DNA from: Longimicrobiales bacterium
GTDB taxonomy: Bacteria > Gemmatimonadota > Gemmatimonadetes > Longimicrobiales > Gaopeijiaceae
Length of the DNA stretch: 64,000 bases
Assembly: GCA_963664435.2 (NCBI GenBank)
Contig: CAXXKM010000002.1
Location: 864,001-928,000 of the forward strand
Direction of reading: 5' to 3'
Numbering within the stretch: position 1 is the first letter of the stretch; every line of letters starts with the position of its first letter. The notes beneath the pieces were generated by a model. The model did no database searches, was not told the DNA's origin, and worked only from the letters and a program-made list of their open reading frames with translations. Of the stretch, positions 38,992-49,613 are shown piece after piece. Both the position numbers and the translations under genes were made by a program.

Positions 38992-39927
38992 TCAAATCCG
39001 GACTCCGGAAAGATGGCTCGAACGCCATACCGAATGCCCATCGATCGTGCCTTCGGGACGAGCCGACCGGAGCAGGTCCCGCATCTCGACGAGGCGGCGA
39101 AGGCAGCCGTTGAGACCGCCCAGTTCCTCGACCGTCGCGTCGTCCATGCCCCGGATGGCGTTCTCGACCCGTGCGGCCTCGCGCCGGGCCGCCGCGACGG
39201 TCCCGGGCGGATGCACGGGACGTGGGGCCGTGTCCGCATTGGTCCAGTTCCCGAGGATCGTCCGCGCCCGGTCAAGCGGTCTCCGGGCGCACGCGACCCC
39301 GACGGCCCCGACCGACAAGCCATCCTCCCTCAGCGCCTCCCAGAGCCTCTGGTGCCGGTCCCGCCACGAATGGAGCGCGGTCGAGGTGTCGTAGCCGGGA
39401 TCGGCGTGGACGAACACGGCGCGGCGGGAGTCCAGCGCCACGGGCATCCCGCGCGGGAAGTAGCGCCGCGCGCCGCCAGCCGCTCCCCGGTAGACCCGGA
39501 CGGGCAGCAGGGAGCGGTGGATGCCGAGCGCCTCGAACGCGCTCACCTTCTCCGACTCGGTCGGGAGCCAGGGCAGGTCCGGATGCTCGATCACGTAGTC
39601 GAAAGAGAGCAGGCGGCGAACGACCACCTCGGTCGAAGTGGTCCTGCGGTGGCGGATATCCTCGGCACCGAGCGCCCGGTAGACCCCGCGCGCGCAGACC
39701 CGGCAGACCTTCAGGCCCCCGACCGTCTCCTCGGTCAGCAGCCTTCGCTCCGTCAGAGCCTGAATGAGCCGGAGCACCTTGAAGCGGCTGGCCCCGAGCC
39801 AGTCCGAAAGCTGCGAGCGGGTGAACACGCCGCCGTGCAGGCTCGCCAGCGCGATCCACTCGGCGCGGCGGCCCGTCAGGCCGAAGGGCTCAAGCGCCCG
39901 TTCGCGTCCCTTCAGGTGGGCGATCAT
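38992..39927 (-). CDS. Hypothetical wHTH-containing protein, possible replication/relaxation initiator of element B
   Basis: RBS GAGGGG, ATG 39927; N-terminal wHTH-like segment; WLPTE.EK and RYFP..MPVA; upstream of the T4CP gene. Confidence 0.6.
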   Translation of the reverse strand: MIAHLKGRERALEPFGLTGRRAEWIALASLHGGVFTRSQLSDWLGASRFKVLRLIQALTERRLLTEETVGGLKVCRVCARGVYRALGAEDIRHRRTTSTEVVVRRLLSFDYVIEHPDLPWLPTESEKVSAFEALGIHRSLLPVRVYRGAAGGARRYFPRGMPVALDSRRAVFVHADPGYDTSTALHSWRDRHQRLWEALREDGLSVGAVGVACARRPLDRARTILGNWTNADTAPRPVHPPGTVAAARREAARVENAIRGMDDATVEELGGLNGCLRRLVEMRDLLRSARPEGTIDGHSVWRSSHLSGVRI

Positions 39928-40472
39928 CGGTTCCCCTCTTCCGAGCCTCCTCGGCTCGGGGAACCGCCGCGACCCGGAACGCACCGACACCGGGGGACGG
40001 TCCTCGGCGAGACATCGAACTGCTTCGTCACGATCTCCATGCGCATCAACCCGAACACGGTGTCAGCAAGCCACGCAAGTGAGTGGGGAATAGGCCATTT
40101 CCCACGTCTCGACGGGGCAACGGGTTGCCGGATCCGGGTTCGGCCACCCGTCGCCAGTGACCGCTCGACGCTTGCTCCGCATCCCTGCGGAGGAGCGCCC
40201 GCGTCTGTACGCCGGATCGGTGGTCTAACTTCTCCATGCCCGAACGGTGAAAGATCGTTTGTAGGGAAGTCAACTCATGGGAAACGTCCCATTGTGTCAT
40301 GACGGATCATGACGTGTCATAAAGGGTCAGAGCCTTCGGATGCCGTCGCCAGCGGCGTGGCGAACGACCCCCATGGAGTCTCCGTGGTGGAGCGGCTTAG
40401 GGGTGGCCGTCGAGCTTGCGAGGTCGGCCAAATTGGCCAAGACTTAGATTGCCACCTAGTCGGAGGGATCGC

Positions 40473-40661
40473 ATGCGGACGCTGAGCGCGAAAGACGCGA
40501 AGTACGGCTTCGGTCGATTGATCGACCTCGCCCGCGCCGCGCCCGTAACGGTCGCCAAGTACGGGCGACCGGTCGTTGTGGTGCTCTCGGTCGAGGAATA
40601 CGAGCGGCTGAAGGCGCTTGACGCGGGTGAGGCCGGCCGGGAGACGGAGGATCGGCAGTGA
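40473..40661 (+). CDS. Phd/YefM family antitoxin (orphan)
   Basis: MRTLSAKDAKYGFGRLID.A...PV.V.KYGRP.VVVLSVEEY; palindrome GGCCAAATTGGCC at 40426-40438. Confidence 0.88.
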   Translation: MRTLSAKDAKYGFGRLIDLARAAPVTVAKYGRPVVVVLSVEEYERLKALDAGEAGRETEDRQ

Positions 40662-40692
40662 CACCGAACGGAACGGGAGGCCGCTGAGACGG

Positions 40693-43056
40693 ATGGACAA
40701 GCGGAGCCTATCGGAACGCGACATCTGCACGAAATTCATCACGCCCGCCCTCCGCGGGGCCGGATGGGACGAGATGTCGCAGCTTCGCGAGGAGGTGACG
40801 TTCACCGCGGGTCGCATCGTGGTGCGCGGCAAGCTGGTGACGCGCCGCAAGCGGAAACGCGCCGACTACATCCTCTCCGTCAAGCCGAACATCCCGGTCG
40901 CGGTGATCGAGGCCAAGGACAACAACCACAGCGTGGGCGACGGCATGCAGCAGGCGCTGGGTTACGCCGAGACGCTGCACATCCCCTTCGCGTTCTCTTC
41001 GAACGGCGACGGCTTCGTGTTCCACGACCGCACGGGCAGCAGCCACCCCCGTGAGACGAATCTGCCCCTCGATGCCTTTCCGTCGCCGGACGACCTGTGG
41101 AAGCGCTACCGGGCCTGGAAGGGGCTGACGCCCGAAGCCGAGAAGATCGTCCTTCAGGACTACTTCGAGGACAGCGGCGGCAAGACGCCGCGCTACTACC
41201 AGGTCAATGCTGTGAACGCGGCCGTCGAGGCCATCGCCAAGGGGCAGGACCGCATCCTGCTGGTCATGGCCACGGGCACGGGCAAGACCTTCACGGCGTT
41301 CCAGATTATCTGGCGGCTGTGGAAGGCGCGGCGAAGGAAGCGCATCCTGTTCCTCGCCGACCGCAACGTGCTCGTCGACCAGACGATGGCGAACGACTTC
41401 CGCCCGTTCGGCGGCGCGATGACCAAGCTGTCGCGCAGCATCGACACCTCCTACGAGGTCTATCTCGGGCTCTATCAGGCGATCACCGGGCCGGAGGAGC
41501 ATCAGAAGGCCTACAAGAAGCTCTCGCCCGGGTTCTTCGACCTGATCGTGATCGACGAGTGCCACCGGGGCAGCGCCGCAGCCGATTCGGCATGGCGCGA
41601 GATCCTCGAATACTTCTCCTCGGCGACCCAGATCGGCCTCACCGCCACGCCGAAGGAAACCAAGTATGTCTCGAACATCGCCTACTTCGGGGAGCCGGTC
41701 TTCTCCTATTCACTCAAACAGGGCATCAGCGACGGGTTCCTCGCGCCCTACAAGGTCGTCAAGGTTCACATTGATCGGGACATCGCCGGCTGGCGGCCCG
41801 CAAAGGGCCAGCTTGCCCGCGACGGGAAGCCGGTGGATGACCACATCTACACCGTTAGGGAGTTCGACCGCACGTTGGTCATCGACGGACGCACGAAGGC
41901 CGTCGCGGAGAAGATCACGGCGTTCCAGCGGGAGAGCGGCGACCGCTTCCAGAAGGCGATCATCTTCTGCGTCGATCAGGAGCACGCCGCCCGGATGCGC
42001 CAGGCGCTGGTCAACGAGAACGCCGATCTCGTTCAGGGGCACTCGCGGTACGTCATACGGATCACGGGCGAGGATGTGGCCGGAAAGAACGAACTCGGGA
42101 ACTTCATCGACCCGGAATCGAAATACCCCGTCCTCGTCACCACGTCGCGCCTGCTGTCCACGGGCGTCGATGTCCAGACGTGCCGGCTGATCGCGCTCGA
42201 CCGCGAGGTTGGATCGATGACCGAGTTCAAACAGATCGTCGGGCGGGGCACCCGCGTGCACGAGGACACGGGGAAGTACTATTTCACGCTCATCGACTTC
42301 CGGGGAGTGTCCGGCCACTTTGCGGATCCCGAGTTCGACGGCGAGCCCGAGCAGGTCTACGAGCCCGGCGAGGGTGATCCGATTCTTCCGCCTGAGCCTC
42401 CACCGAACGGCTCGGACGGTCAGGACCACGGCGAGATCATCATCGATGGAGGCGATCCACCGCTCCCCCCACCCCCGGGGACAGGACCACGGAAGAAGAT
42501 CTACGTCGATGGGATCGACGCGACCATTGTCGCCGAGCGGGTGGAGTATCTCGGTCGGGACGGAAAACTCATTACCGAGTCGCTCCGCGACTTCACGCGC
42601 AGGGCGCTACGTAGACGCTTTGCGAGCCTAGACGACTTCCTGAATCGGTGGAAGGGGGAGGAGCGGAAGCAGGCGATCATCGACGAGATGGCGTCCGAGG
42701 GGCTACCGCTAACGGAGATCGTCCAGGAATTGGGTAAGGATCTCGACCCCTTCGATCTCATCTGTCACATCGCCTTCGACGCCAAGCCCGTGACCCGCCG
42801 CGAGCGGGTGGAGAGCGTTAGGAAGCGGGACGTGTTCACCAAGTACGCGGGCCAAGCCCGCGCCGTGTTCGACGCGCTCCTCGACAAGTACGCCGACGAC
42901 GGGGTGCTCAATCTCGACGACGCCAAGGTGCTCAGGATCCCGCCTCTCGACAGCATCGGCACGCCCCTCGAACTTGTTCGCGCCTTCGGCGGGAAAGCCG
43001 GCTTCGAGCGGGCCGTGCACGATCTTCAATCCGAACTCTACCGGGAGAGCGCCTGA
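40693..43056 (+). CDS. hsdR: Type I restriction enzyme R subunit (EcoAI/EcoEI-like)
   Basis: SERDICTKFITPAL, ADY..IEAK...QA..YA, MATGTGKT, DECHRG, GLTATP, QIVGRGTR. Confidence 0.95.
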   Translation: MDKRSLSERDICTKFITPALRGAGWDEMSQLREEVTFTAGRIVVRGKLVTRRKRKRADYILSVKPNIPVAVIEAKDNNHSVGDGMQQALGYAETLHIPFAFSSNGDGFVFHDRTGSSHPRETNLPLDAFPSPDDLWKRYRAWKGLTPEAEKIVLQDYFEDSGGKTPRYYQVNAVNAAVEAIAKGQDRILLVMATGTGKTFTAFQIIWRLWKARRRKRILFLADRNVLVDQTMANDFRPFGGAMTKLSRSIDTSYEVYLGLYQAITGPEEHQKAYKKLSPGFFDLIVIDECHRGSAAADSAWREILEYFSSATQIGLTATPKETKYVSNIAYFGEPVFSYSLKQGISDGFLAPYKVVKVHIDRDIAGWRPAKGQLARDGKPVDDHIYTVREFDRTLVIDGRTKAVAEKITAFQRESGDRFQKAIIFCVDQEHAARMRQALVNENADLVQGHSRYVIRITGEDVAGKNELGNFIDPESKYPVLVTTSRLLSTGVDVQTCRLIALDREVGSMTEFKQIVGRGTRVHEDTGKYYFTLIDFRGVSGHFADPEFDGEPEQVYEPGEGDPILPPEPPPNGSDGQDHGEIIIDGGDPPLPPPPGTGPRKKIYVDGIDATIVAERVEYLGRDGKLITESLRDFTRRALRRRFASLDDFLNRWKGEERKQAIIDEMASEGLPLTEIVQELGKDLDPFDLICHIAFDAKPVTRRERVESVRKRDVFTKYAGQARAVFDALLDKYADDGVLNLDDAKVLRIPPLDSIGTPLELVRAFGGKAGFERAVHDLQSELYRESA

Positions 43057-43059
43057 GAC

Positions 43060-44511
43060 ATGTCCGTCGGCACCCTCGTGAAATCCATTCAGAACATCAT
43101 GCGCCAAGATGTGGGCGTGGACGGCGACGCCCAGCGCATCAGCCAGCTGTGCTGGATGTTCTTCCTCAAGATCATCGACGACCAGGACCAGGAGTTCGAA
43201 CTCCTCGACGACGGCTACCGCTCGCCGGTCCCTGCCCCTCTGCGCTGGCGGAACTGGGCCGCCGATGCGGAAGGCATTACGGGCGAGGAACTGCTCGCCT
43301 TCGTCAACGGCGACCTCTTCCCGCAGCTGAAGGAACTTCCGGCCCGATCCGGGCCGCGCGCGAGCGTCGTGCGCAACGTTTTCGAGGACGCCTACAACTA
43401 CATGAAGTCCGGCCACCTGCTCCGGCAGGTCGTCAACAAGATCAACGGCATCGACTTCAACAATCTGACCGACCGGCGACACTTCGGCGACCTCTACGAG
43501 CAGGTCCTGAACGACCTGCAATCGGCCGGCAACGCGGGCGAGTACTACACGCCGCGCGCCGTGACCACGTTCATGGCACGAATCATCGACCCGAGGCCGG
43601 GCGAGACCCTGCTCGATCCGGCCTGCGGCACCGGCGGGTTCCTCACCTGCGCCATCCGCCACATGCGCGAACGTTATGTGAAGCGCACCGAGGACGAGGC
43701 GGGCATGCAAGCTTCGCTGTGCGCGGTCGAGAAGAAGCCGCTTCCCCACATGCTCGCCGTCACGAACATGCTTCTGCATGGTATCGAGGACCCGTCCTTC
43801 CTGCGTCACGACAACACGCTGGCGCGGCCCTACATCTCTTGGGGCCGGGACGAGCGCGTGGACATCGTGCTGACCAATCCGCCATTCGGCGGCAAGGAGG
43901 AGGACGGCATCGAGTCGAACTTCCCGCAGCACTTCCGGACTCGCGAGACGGCCGATCTGTTCCTCGCCCTGATTATCCGGCTGCTCAAACCCGGAGGCCG
44001 GGCCGCCGTGGTCCTGCCCGACGGCTCGCTGTTCGGCGAGGGCGTCAAGACCCGGCTGAAGGAGCATCTGATGGAGGAGTGCAACCTTCACACCATCGTG
44101 CGCCTGCCGAACTCCGTGTTCCGCCCCTACGCCTCGATCGGGACGAACCTGCTGTTCTTCGAGAAGGGCGAGCCGACCCAGGACATCTGGTTCTGGGAGC
44201 ATCTCGTGCCCGAGGGCCAGAAGGCCTATTCCATGACCCGGCCTATTCGGGTCGAGCATCTCGACGACTGCGCCGACTGGTGGGGCGGAACGGAGCGCAC
44301 GGGCCGGCAAGAGGGTGAGCGCGCCTGGAAGGTGAGCGCCGACGAGATCAAGACGCGCGGCTACAACCTCGACATCAAGAATCCGCATACGGAGGAAGAG
44401 GACCTTGGCGATCCCGAGGCGCTCCTGGAGAGACTGAACAGCGCCGAAGCCGAAGTGGTGTCGGTCCGAAACGAGTTGAAGCGGATCCTCGCAGAGGCGC
44501 TGTTGCGATGA
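43060..44511 (+). CDS. hsdM: Type I RM methyltransferase subunit
   Basis: GEYYTPR, DPACGTGGFL, TNPPF. Confidence 0.96.
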   Translation: MSVGTLVKSIQNIMRQDVGVDGDAQRISQLCWMFFLKIIDDQDQEFELLDDGYRSPVPAPLRWRNWAADAEGITGEELLAFVNGDLFPQLKELPARSGPRASVVRNVFEDAYNYMKSGHLLRQVVNKINGIDFNNLTDRRHFGDLYEQVLNDLQSAGNAGEYYTPRAVTTFMARIIDPRPGETLLDPACGTGGFLTCAIRHMRERYVKRTEDEAGMQASLCAVEKKPLPHMLAVTNMLLHGIEDPSFLRHDNTLARPYISWGRDERVDIVLTNPPFGGKEEDGIESNFPQHFRTRETADLFLALIIRLLKPGGRAAVVLPDGSLFGEGVKTRLKEHLMEECNLHTIVRLPNSVFRPYASIGTNLLFFEKGEPTQDIWFWEHLVPEGQKAYSMTRPIRVEHLDDCADWWGGTERTGRQEGERAWKVSADEIKTRGYNLDIKNPHTEEEDLGDPEALLERLNSAEAEVVSVRNELKRILAEALLR

Positions 44512-46241
44512 ACGCCGACCGCCTGTTCACCTTATACGACCGCGTGGCGGACGCCCCGAACGCCATTGACCGTCTGCGCCGGTTCGTGCTTGATCTGGCC
44601 GTGCGCGGCAAGCTGGTGGAGCAGGACTCGGCGGATGAGCCGGCGTCGGAACTGCTGAAGCGCATCGCCGCCGAAAAGTCCCGATTGGTGAAGGCGGGGA
44701 AGCTCAGGAGGCGGAAGCTCGCTTCTCGCCTCGATGAGCGGCCCTTCTCCCTTCCATGGAGTTGGAATTGGGCTCGGATTCGGGATGTTGTGAGTGATCG
44801 AGGTCAGAAGGTTCCCGACCGTCCGTTTACCTACATCGATGTATCGGCCATCGACAAGGAGGCAGGTCTGGTTGCCGATCCGAGGGTGCTGGATCCCGAG
44901 AACGCACCCAGCCGAGCGCGCAAGGTCGCGCGACTCGGTGATGTCGTATACTCCTGCGTTCGACCGTACCTCTTGAACGTTGCCATCATCGAAGTCGACT
45001 TCGATCCGCGCCCGATCGCCAGCACAGCATTCGAGGTCTTGAATGGGCACGGGCTTGTGCTCTCTCGGTATACCTGGATGGTTCTCCGCAGTTCGTTCAT
45101 GATTGCGTGTGTTGAGCAACGCCAGCGTGGCCAAGCTTACCCTGCGATCAATAGCACTGACTTCGCGGTCCTGCCCTTCCCCCTTCCGCCCCTCGCCGAA
45201 CAGCACCGCATCGTTGCCAGAGTGGATGAGCTCATGGCGCTCTGCGACCGGTTGGAGGAAACCCGAGCAGCACGGGAAGACACCCGCGACCGGCTGACGA
45301 AGGCCAGCCTGACCCGTCTCACCGCACCTGAGACGGACGCGGGGGCGTTTCGGTCTCATGCACGGTTCGCCATCCATGCCCTTCCTGCGCTGACCGCCCG
45401 CGCCGATCAGGTCAAGCACCTGCGACAGACCATTCTGAGCCTCGCCGTGCGGGGGAAGCTGGTGGCGCAGGATCCGACCGATGAACCGGCGTCGGAACTC
45501 CTACGGCGAATCTCGGAAGAAAAGGCACGGCTGGTGAAAGCGGGAGGAATCAGGCCGCGCAGGCTCACTTCTCGACGGCGAAGGAAGTCGGTCGAATTCA
45601 CGACACCGAGAAGCTGGGAGTTGACAGATCTGGGTTCCACATCGCTGAAGATCACAGATGGAGCGCACAAGACCCCCACCTACGTCGCTTGTGGGGTTCC
45701 GTTCGTGAGCGTGAAGGATTTCAGCTCGGGACGACTGGACCTAAGCAATACACGCTTCATCCCGCAATCAGAGCATGAAGTGCTGTATCGGAGGTGCGAT
45801 CCTCGCCGCGGGGACATCTTACTTGCACGTATCGGGACTCTTGGCAGAGCAGTAATCGTCGATACCGATGTGGAGTTTAGCTTATTTGTTAGCGTCGCCC
45901 TCATTCGTTTCGACCGTGCGAACGTCGATCCTCGATTCTCGCAAATCGTTCTCAATTCTCCACTCGCCGTACAGGAATTCAATCGAATTAAGGTTGGTGG
46001 TGCCACACACACCAACAAGCTAAACCTTGGCGACTTACACACAGTTACGTTTCCCCTTCCACCACTGATCGAGCAACAGCGTATCGTCGCCAAGGTCGAT
46101 GAACTCATGACCCTCTGCGACCGTGTGGAGGCTGGCCTTGCTTCCACACATGATACTCGAGGACGCCTTCTCGAATCCCTCCTGCGAGCCACGCTGAAAT
46201 CTGCCGTGTGCGAACCTGCCACCGTCGGGGCGGTGAGTTAG
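44508..46241 (+). CDS. hsdS: Type I RM specificity subunit
   Basis: Two TRDs separated by repeated LAVRGKLV.QD..DEPASELL and PLPPL.EQ.RIV blocks. Confidence 0.95.
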   Translation: MNADRLFTLYDRVADAPNAIDRLRRFVLDLAVRGKLVEQDSADEPASELLKRIAAEKSRLVKAGKLRRRKLASRLDERPFSLPWSWNWARIRDVVSDRGQKVPDRPFTYIDVSAIDKEAGLVADPRVLDPENAPSRARKVARLGDVVYSCVRPYLLNVAIIEVDFDPRPIASTAFEVLNGHGLVLSRYTWMVLRSSFMIACVEQRQRGQAYPAINSTDFAVLPFPLPPLAEQHRIVARVDELMALCDRLEETRAAREDTRDRLTKASLTRLTAPETDAGAFRSHARFAIHALPALTARADQVKHLRQTILSLAVRGKLVAQDPTDEPASELLRRISEEKARLVKAGGIRPRRLTSRRRRKSVEFTTPRSWELTDLGSTSLKITDGAHKTPTYVACGVPFVSVKDFSSGRLDLSNTRFIPQSEHEVLYRRCDPRRGDILLARIGTLGRAVIVDTDVEFSLFVSVALIRFDRANVDPRFSQIVLNSPLAVQEFNRIKVGGATHTNKLNLGDLHTVTFPLPPLIEQQRIVAKVDELMTLCDRVEAGLASTHDTRGRLLESLLRATLKSAVCEPATVGAVS

Positions 46242-46244
46242 GCC

Positions 46245-47393
46245 ATGATCCGGGTCTCCGTGCCGCCCGAGATGCTTCGCTGGGCCTGCGAACGTGCGGG
46301 CCACGACGTGGCGTACGTCGCCGAACGCGTCCCGCAGCTGTGGGCTTGGGTCAGACGCGAGCGTCAGCCGACGCTCAAGCAACTGGAACGGCTGGCCAAG
46401 GTCACCCATACGCCGCTCGGCTACTTGTTTCTCCCGGAGCCGCCCGACGAACGCCTTCCCGTGCCTGACTACCGTACCGTGTCGGGCACCGCCGCAGCCA
46501 AGCCGAGTCCCGACCTTTTGGACACGCTGTACACGATGCAGCGCCGCCAAGCCTGGCTGAGGGATTCTCTCGTCGAACACGAGGCGGAACCACTGGCATT
46601 TGTGGGAAACGCCCGCCTTGCCGACGAGCCGGACGCGGCGGGTCGCGAGATGCGCCGTGCCCTCGACCTGGACGAAGGCTGGGCGGGCGGAGTGCGAACT
46701 TGGCAGGACGCCGTGGGCGAATTGCGCCGAGCGATCGAGCATCTAGGTGTGATGGCTGTGATCAACGGCGTGGTGGGGAACAACACACACCGCCGACTAA
46801 GGGTGGATGAGTTCCGCGGCTTCGCGCTCACGGACCCCTACGCGCCGCTGATCTTCGTGAACGGTGCCGACGCGAAGTCGGCACAGATGTTCACCCTCGC
46901 CCACGAACTGGCGCACATCTGGCTCGGCACGGAAGGGGTTTCCGGCTTCGATACGCTGCTCCCTGGCGGTACGGAGGTGGAGGACTGGTGCAACCGGGCG
47001 GCGGCTGAACTGCTCGCGCCCGCCAAGGAGGTCAGAGCGCGTTGGATGGAAGTCAGGCGGTTGCCGAGTCCACTCGATTCGCTGGCTCGGACGTTCAAGG
47101 TGAGCCCGGTGGTCGCCGCCCGCCGCGCTCTTGACCTGACTCTCATTGACCGCAGCACCTTCTTCGACTTCTACGAGCGCTATGTGAAGCGGGAACGCAA
47201 GAGGGGCACGAAGGCTACCGGAGGCGATTTCTTCAACAACCAGAACACCCGCGTCGGCGAACTGTTCGCGACCCAAGTCCTGCACGCGGCCATGGAAGGC
47301 CGCATCGGGTTCAAGGAAGCCTATGACCTGACCGGGCTGCGTGGAGGAACCTTCCAGAAGTATGCGAGGCGGCTGGGGATGGACCTCCCATGA
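46245..47393 (+). CDS. XRE-HTH + ImmA/IrrE metallopeptidase
   Basis: N-terminal HTH (QPTLKQLERLAK), FTLAHELAH, VE.WCN.AAAE.L.P. Confidence 0.92.
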   Translation: MIRVSVPPEMLRWACERAGHDVAYVAERVPQLWAWVRRERQPTLKQLERLAKVTHTPLGYLFLPEPPDERLPVPDYRTVSGTAAAKPSPDLLDTLYTMQRRQAWLRDSLVEHEAEPLAFVGNARLADEPDAAGREMRRALDLDEGWAGGVRTWQDAVGELRRAIEHLGVMAVINGVVGNNTHRRLRVDEFRGFALTDPYAPLIFVNGADAKSAQMFTLAHELAHIWLGTEGVSGFDTLLPGGTEVEDWCNRAAAELLAPAKEVRARWMEVRRLPSPLDSLARTFKVSPVVAARRALDLTLIDRSTFFDFYERYVKRERKRGTKATGGDFFNNQNTRVGELFATQVLHAAMEGRIGFKEAYDLTGLRGGTFQKYARRLGMDLP

Positions 47394-47914
47394 GGGTAGA
47401 TCGGGCCTACCTTGTGGATTCGGATGTCTTCATCACGGCGAAGAACCTGTACTACTCGTTCGACATCTGCCCCGGCTTCTGGAAGAGCCTGCTTCATCAC
47501 CACCGGGCAGGCACGGTCTTCAGCATCGACCGGGTGCGTAGCGAACTTCTCGCGGGTCGCAAGACAGAGGATCTCGTGCAGTGGGTGAGGAGCGATGTCC
47601 CGGAAGGCTTCTTCCTCCCCGTGGACACCGCCGACGTTGCGGATGCTTATACGGACATTATGATGTGGGTCCAGCGCCAAGCGCGGTTCTTCGACCACGC
47701 GAAGGCGAAGTTCGCGACGGGTGCGGACGGCTGGCTCGTTGCTTACGCGCGGGTCCACGGCGCGATCCTTGTGACCAACGAGCAGAGTGCGCCGGAGTCG
47801 AAGAAGGAGGTAAAGCTGCCTGATCTATGCGCTCAGTTCGGAGTACAGCACGATAACACTTTCGCGATGCTGCGCGCGCTGAACGTTCAATTCGATTGGG
47901 CTGGGAAACGCTGA
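47390..47914 (+). CDS. DUF4411 family PIN-like protein
   Basis: YLVDSDVFI.A...YYSFD.CPGFW, ADGWLVAYA, VTNE, K.PD.C; ATGA overlap. Confidence 0.9.
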   Translation: MRVDRAYLVDSDVFITAKNLYYSFDICPGFWKSLLHHHRAGTVFSIDRVRSELLAGRKTEDLVQWVRSDVPEGFFLPVDTADVADAYTDIMMWVQRQARFFDHAKAKFATGADGWLVAYARVHGAILVTNEQSAPESKKEVKLPDLCAQFGVQHDNTFAMLRALNVQFDWAGKR

Positions 47915-48020
47915 ATGTCTCTTCGTCACGGCGGATCGGCGCTGGCGGCCCCTTGACTTTCTGCCAGGAGGGGTTGCGGACCTTGTTACGTACGCACACA
48001 CCATTGCCTCAGGGATTCGC

Positions 48021-49481
48021 ATGACCAAATGGAAGCACGGTGAGAACCCGTACGGAAAGTCCATCGGTGCTGTATTCGACCTCGGAATGAACCAGCGGCT
48101 CCACGGACGCATCGTTCTCGATCGCGAGGATCTCATGTACGCCAGCACGACCAAGATCTTTGACAACAAACCCTTCGACATTCCCCAGGGGTCCAGTGTC
48201 CATGGCGTCTCTGAGAAGGGCAAGGTGTCATTGCTGTCGTGTTACGGAGGGAGCTTCGGACACCTCGCCTCGCCGGATGGAGTGCAACAGGAGCCAGTTT
48301 GGAGTGGTGCTTCATCGTCCTGTGATCTCAGATCTGAGTACGCTCTGTTCGGCAACGAATACCTACGCCGTAACGACCCTGTTATAGGTGGCATTCGCTT
48401 CTCATTCGAGGACTTCCACAGTCTGCTCGACAACCTACTAAGCCGCGACTCGTTCGGGTGCATCATTGATCCCGACCCGCGCATTCTCGAAGCCATAGAA
48501 AAGCACAAACCCCATGGCGCTCCGGGAGGGCTGAGGGAATACGATAAGCCTTGGATCCTCTACTTCAACGGAAGATACGAAGTGTTGCCGACTACGCAGA
48601 CCGTATTGGGGTCCATAAGCGTGCTGCGCACCTTGCACGTTACGATGTCCGGGGGAGCGAACGCGAGCGATGCACCCTACGTCAACATTTCCTTTGACGA
48701 TCAGCGGGTAACCTTAGACGGCGCTATCGAGAGTATGCACGATGTGCGTCAGTTCTTCTCGTGGATGAGCGGATACGCGCCCAAGTGGATGGATGTACGC
48801 GTTTTGGCGGGAAAGAGGCCTCCTGCAAGGGGGCATCACCTTGTGACCGATGAAGGGCAGGCGGTCGAGGAACTCGATGTGTTCACGTCATACTTTGGTG
48901 GAACCACAGGTGGGGTACACCAAGCAGGGAAGATGCTGATCAGCCCGGTGCGACAACCGAGCCATTTCATGGAGGTCATGAAGAACTGGCTAGAGCGAAA
49001 CAGCGAACGGACGCGACCCAACCGCATGTTCTTCGCATCGACTCGGGGGATGTTCACAACTGTCCTTGACGACAGGATGTGTGCCGCGGCGAACGTCTTC
49101 GAGCAACTCCCCGTAGGCGATAGGCCCAACAAGCAGACCAAGATGCTCGACGCCGCACTCCGTCGATACCAGAAGGTCATACGTCCTCGGCTCCGGTTGC
49201 CACGTATGGAACAGGTCATCAGGTCGGCGATAAGCTGCCGTCAGCACATCACACACGGGAGGAGCACGGCCAAGAAGACTCCCGACGTTGACTTTGCTGA
49301 CTTGAGAGCGGTTGATTTTCTGACGGAAGCGCTCCGGTTTGTTTACGGAGTTTCCGAGCTCCTCGACTGCGGATGGGACATGGAGCATTGGCTGCAGCGC
49401 CCCCTCAAGCGAGGCCATCCGTTCGGGTGCTTCTTGGAAACCTACGAGGAGGCTTTGTCGGCAGTGATGCCGGAAGGGTAA
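48021..49481 (+). CDS. ApeA-like protein with HEPN domain
   Basis: Beta-rich N-terminus (VHG....GKVSL..C); C-terminal Rx4H motif (CRQHITHG). Confidence 0.72.
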   Translation: MTKWKHGENPYGKSIGAVFDLGMNQRLHGRIVLDREDLMYASTTKIFDNKPFDIPQGSSVHGVSEKGKVSLLSCYGGSFGHLASPDGVQQEPVWSGASSSCDLRSEYALFGNEYLRRNDPVIGGIRFSFEDFHSLLDNLLSRDSFGCIIDPDPRILEAIEKHKPHGAPGGLREYDKPWILYFNGRYEVLPTTQTVLGSISVLRTLHVTMSGGANASDAPYVNISFDDQRVTLDGAIESMHDVRQFFSWMSGYAPKWMDVRVLAGKRPPARGHHLVTDEGQAVEELDVFTSYFGGTTGGVHQAGKMLISPVRQPSHFMEVMKNWLERNSERTRPNRMFFASTRGMFTTVLDDRMCAAANVFEQLPVGDRPNKQTKMLDAALRRYQKVIRPRLRLPRMEQVIRSAISCRQHITHGRSTAKKTPDVDFADLRAVDFLTEALRFVYGVSELLDCGWDMEHWLQRPLKRGHPFGCFLETYEEALSAVMPEG

Positions 49482-49613
49482 TGTGGTTGTGAAACGCTGG
49501 GGCGGATGCGAAGCAGTGGGTAGAACCGTATCACGCCCGTAGAGCACACAGCCATCGCCCTTTGGGCTCCTGAGGGAGACGAGCCACCCACAAGCGGGCG
49601 TGTGACGATGACT

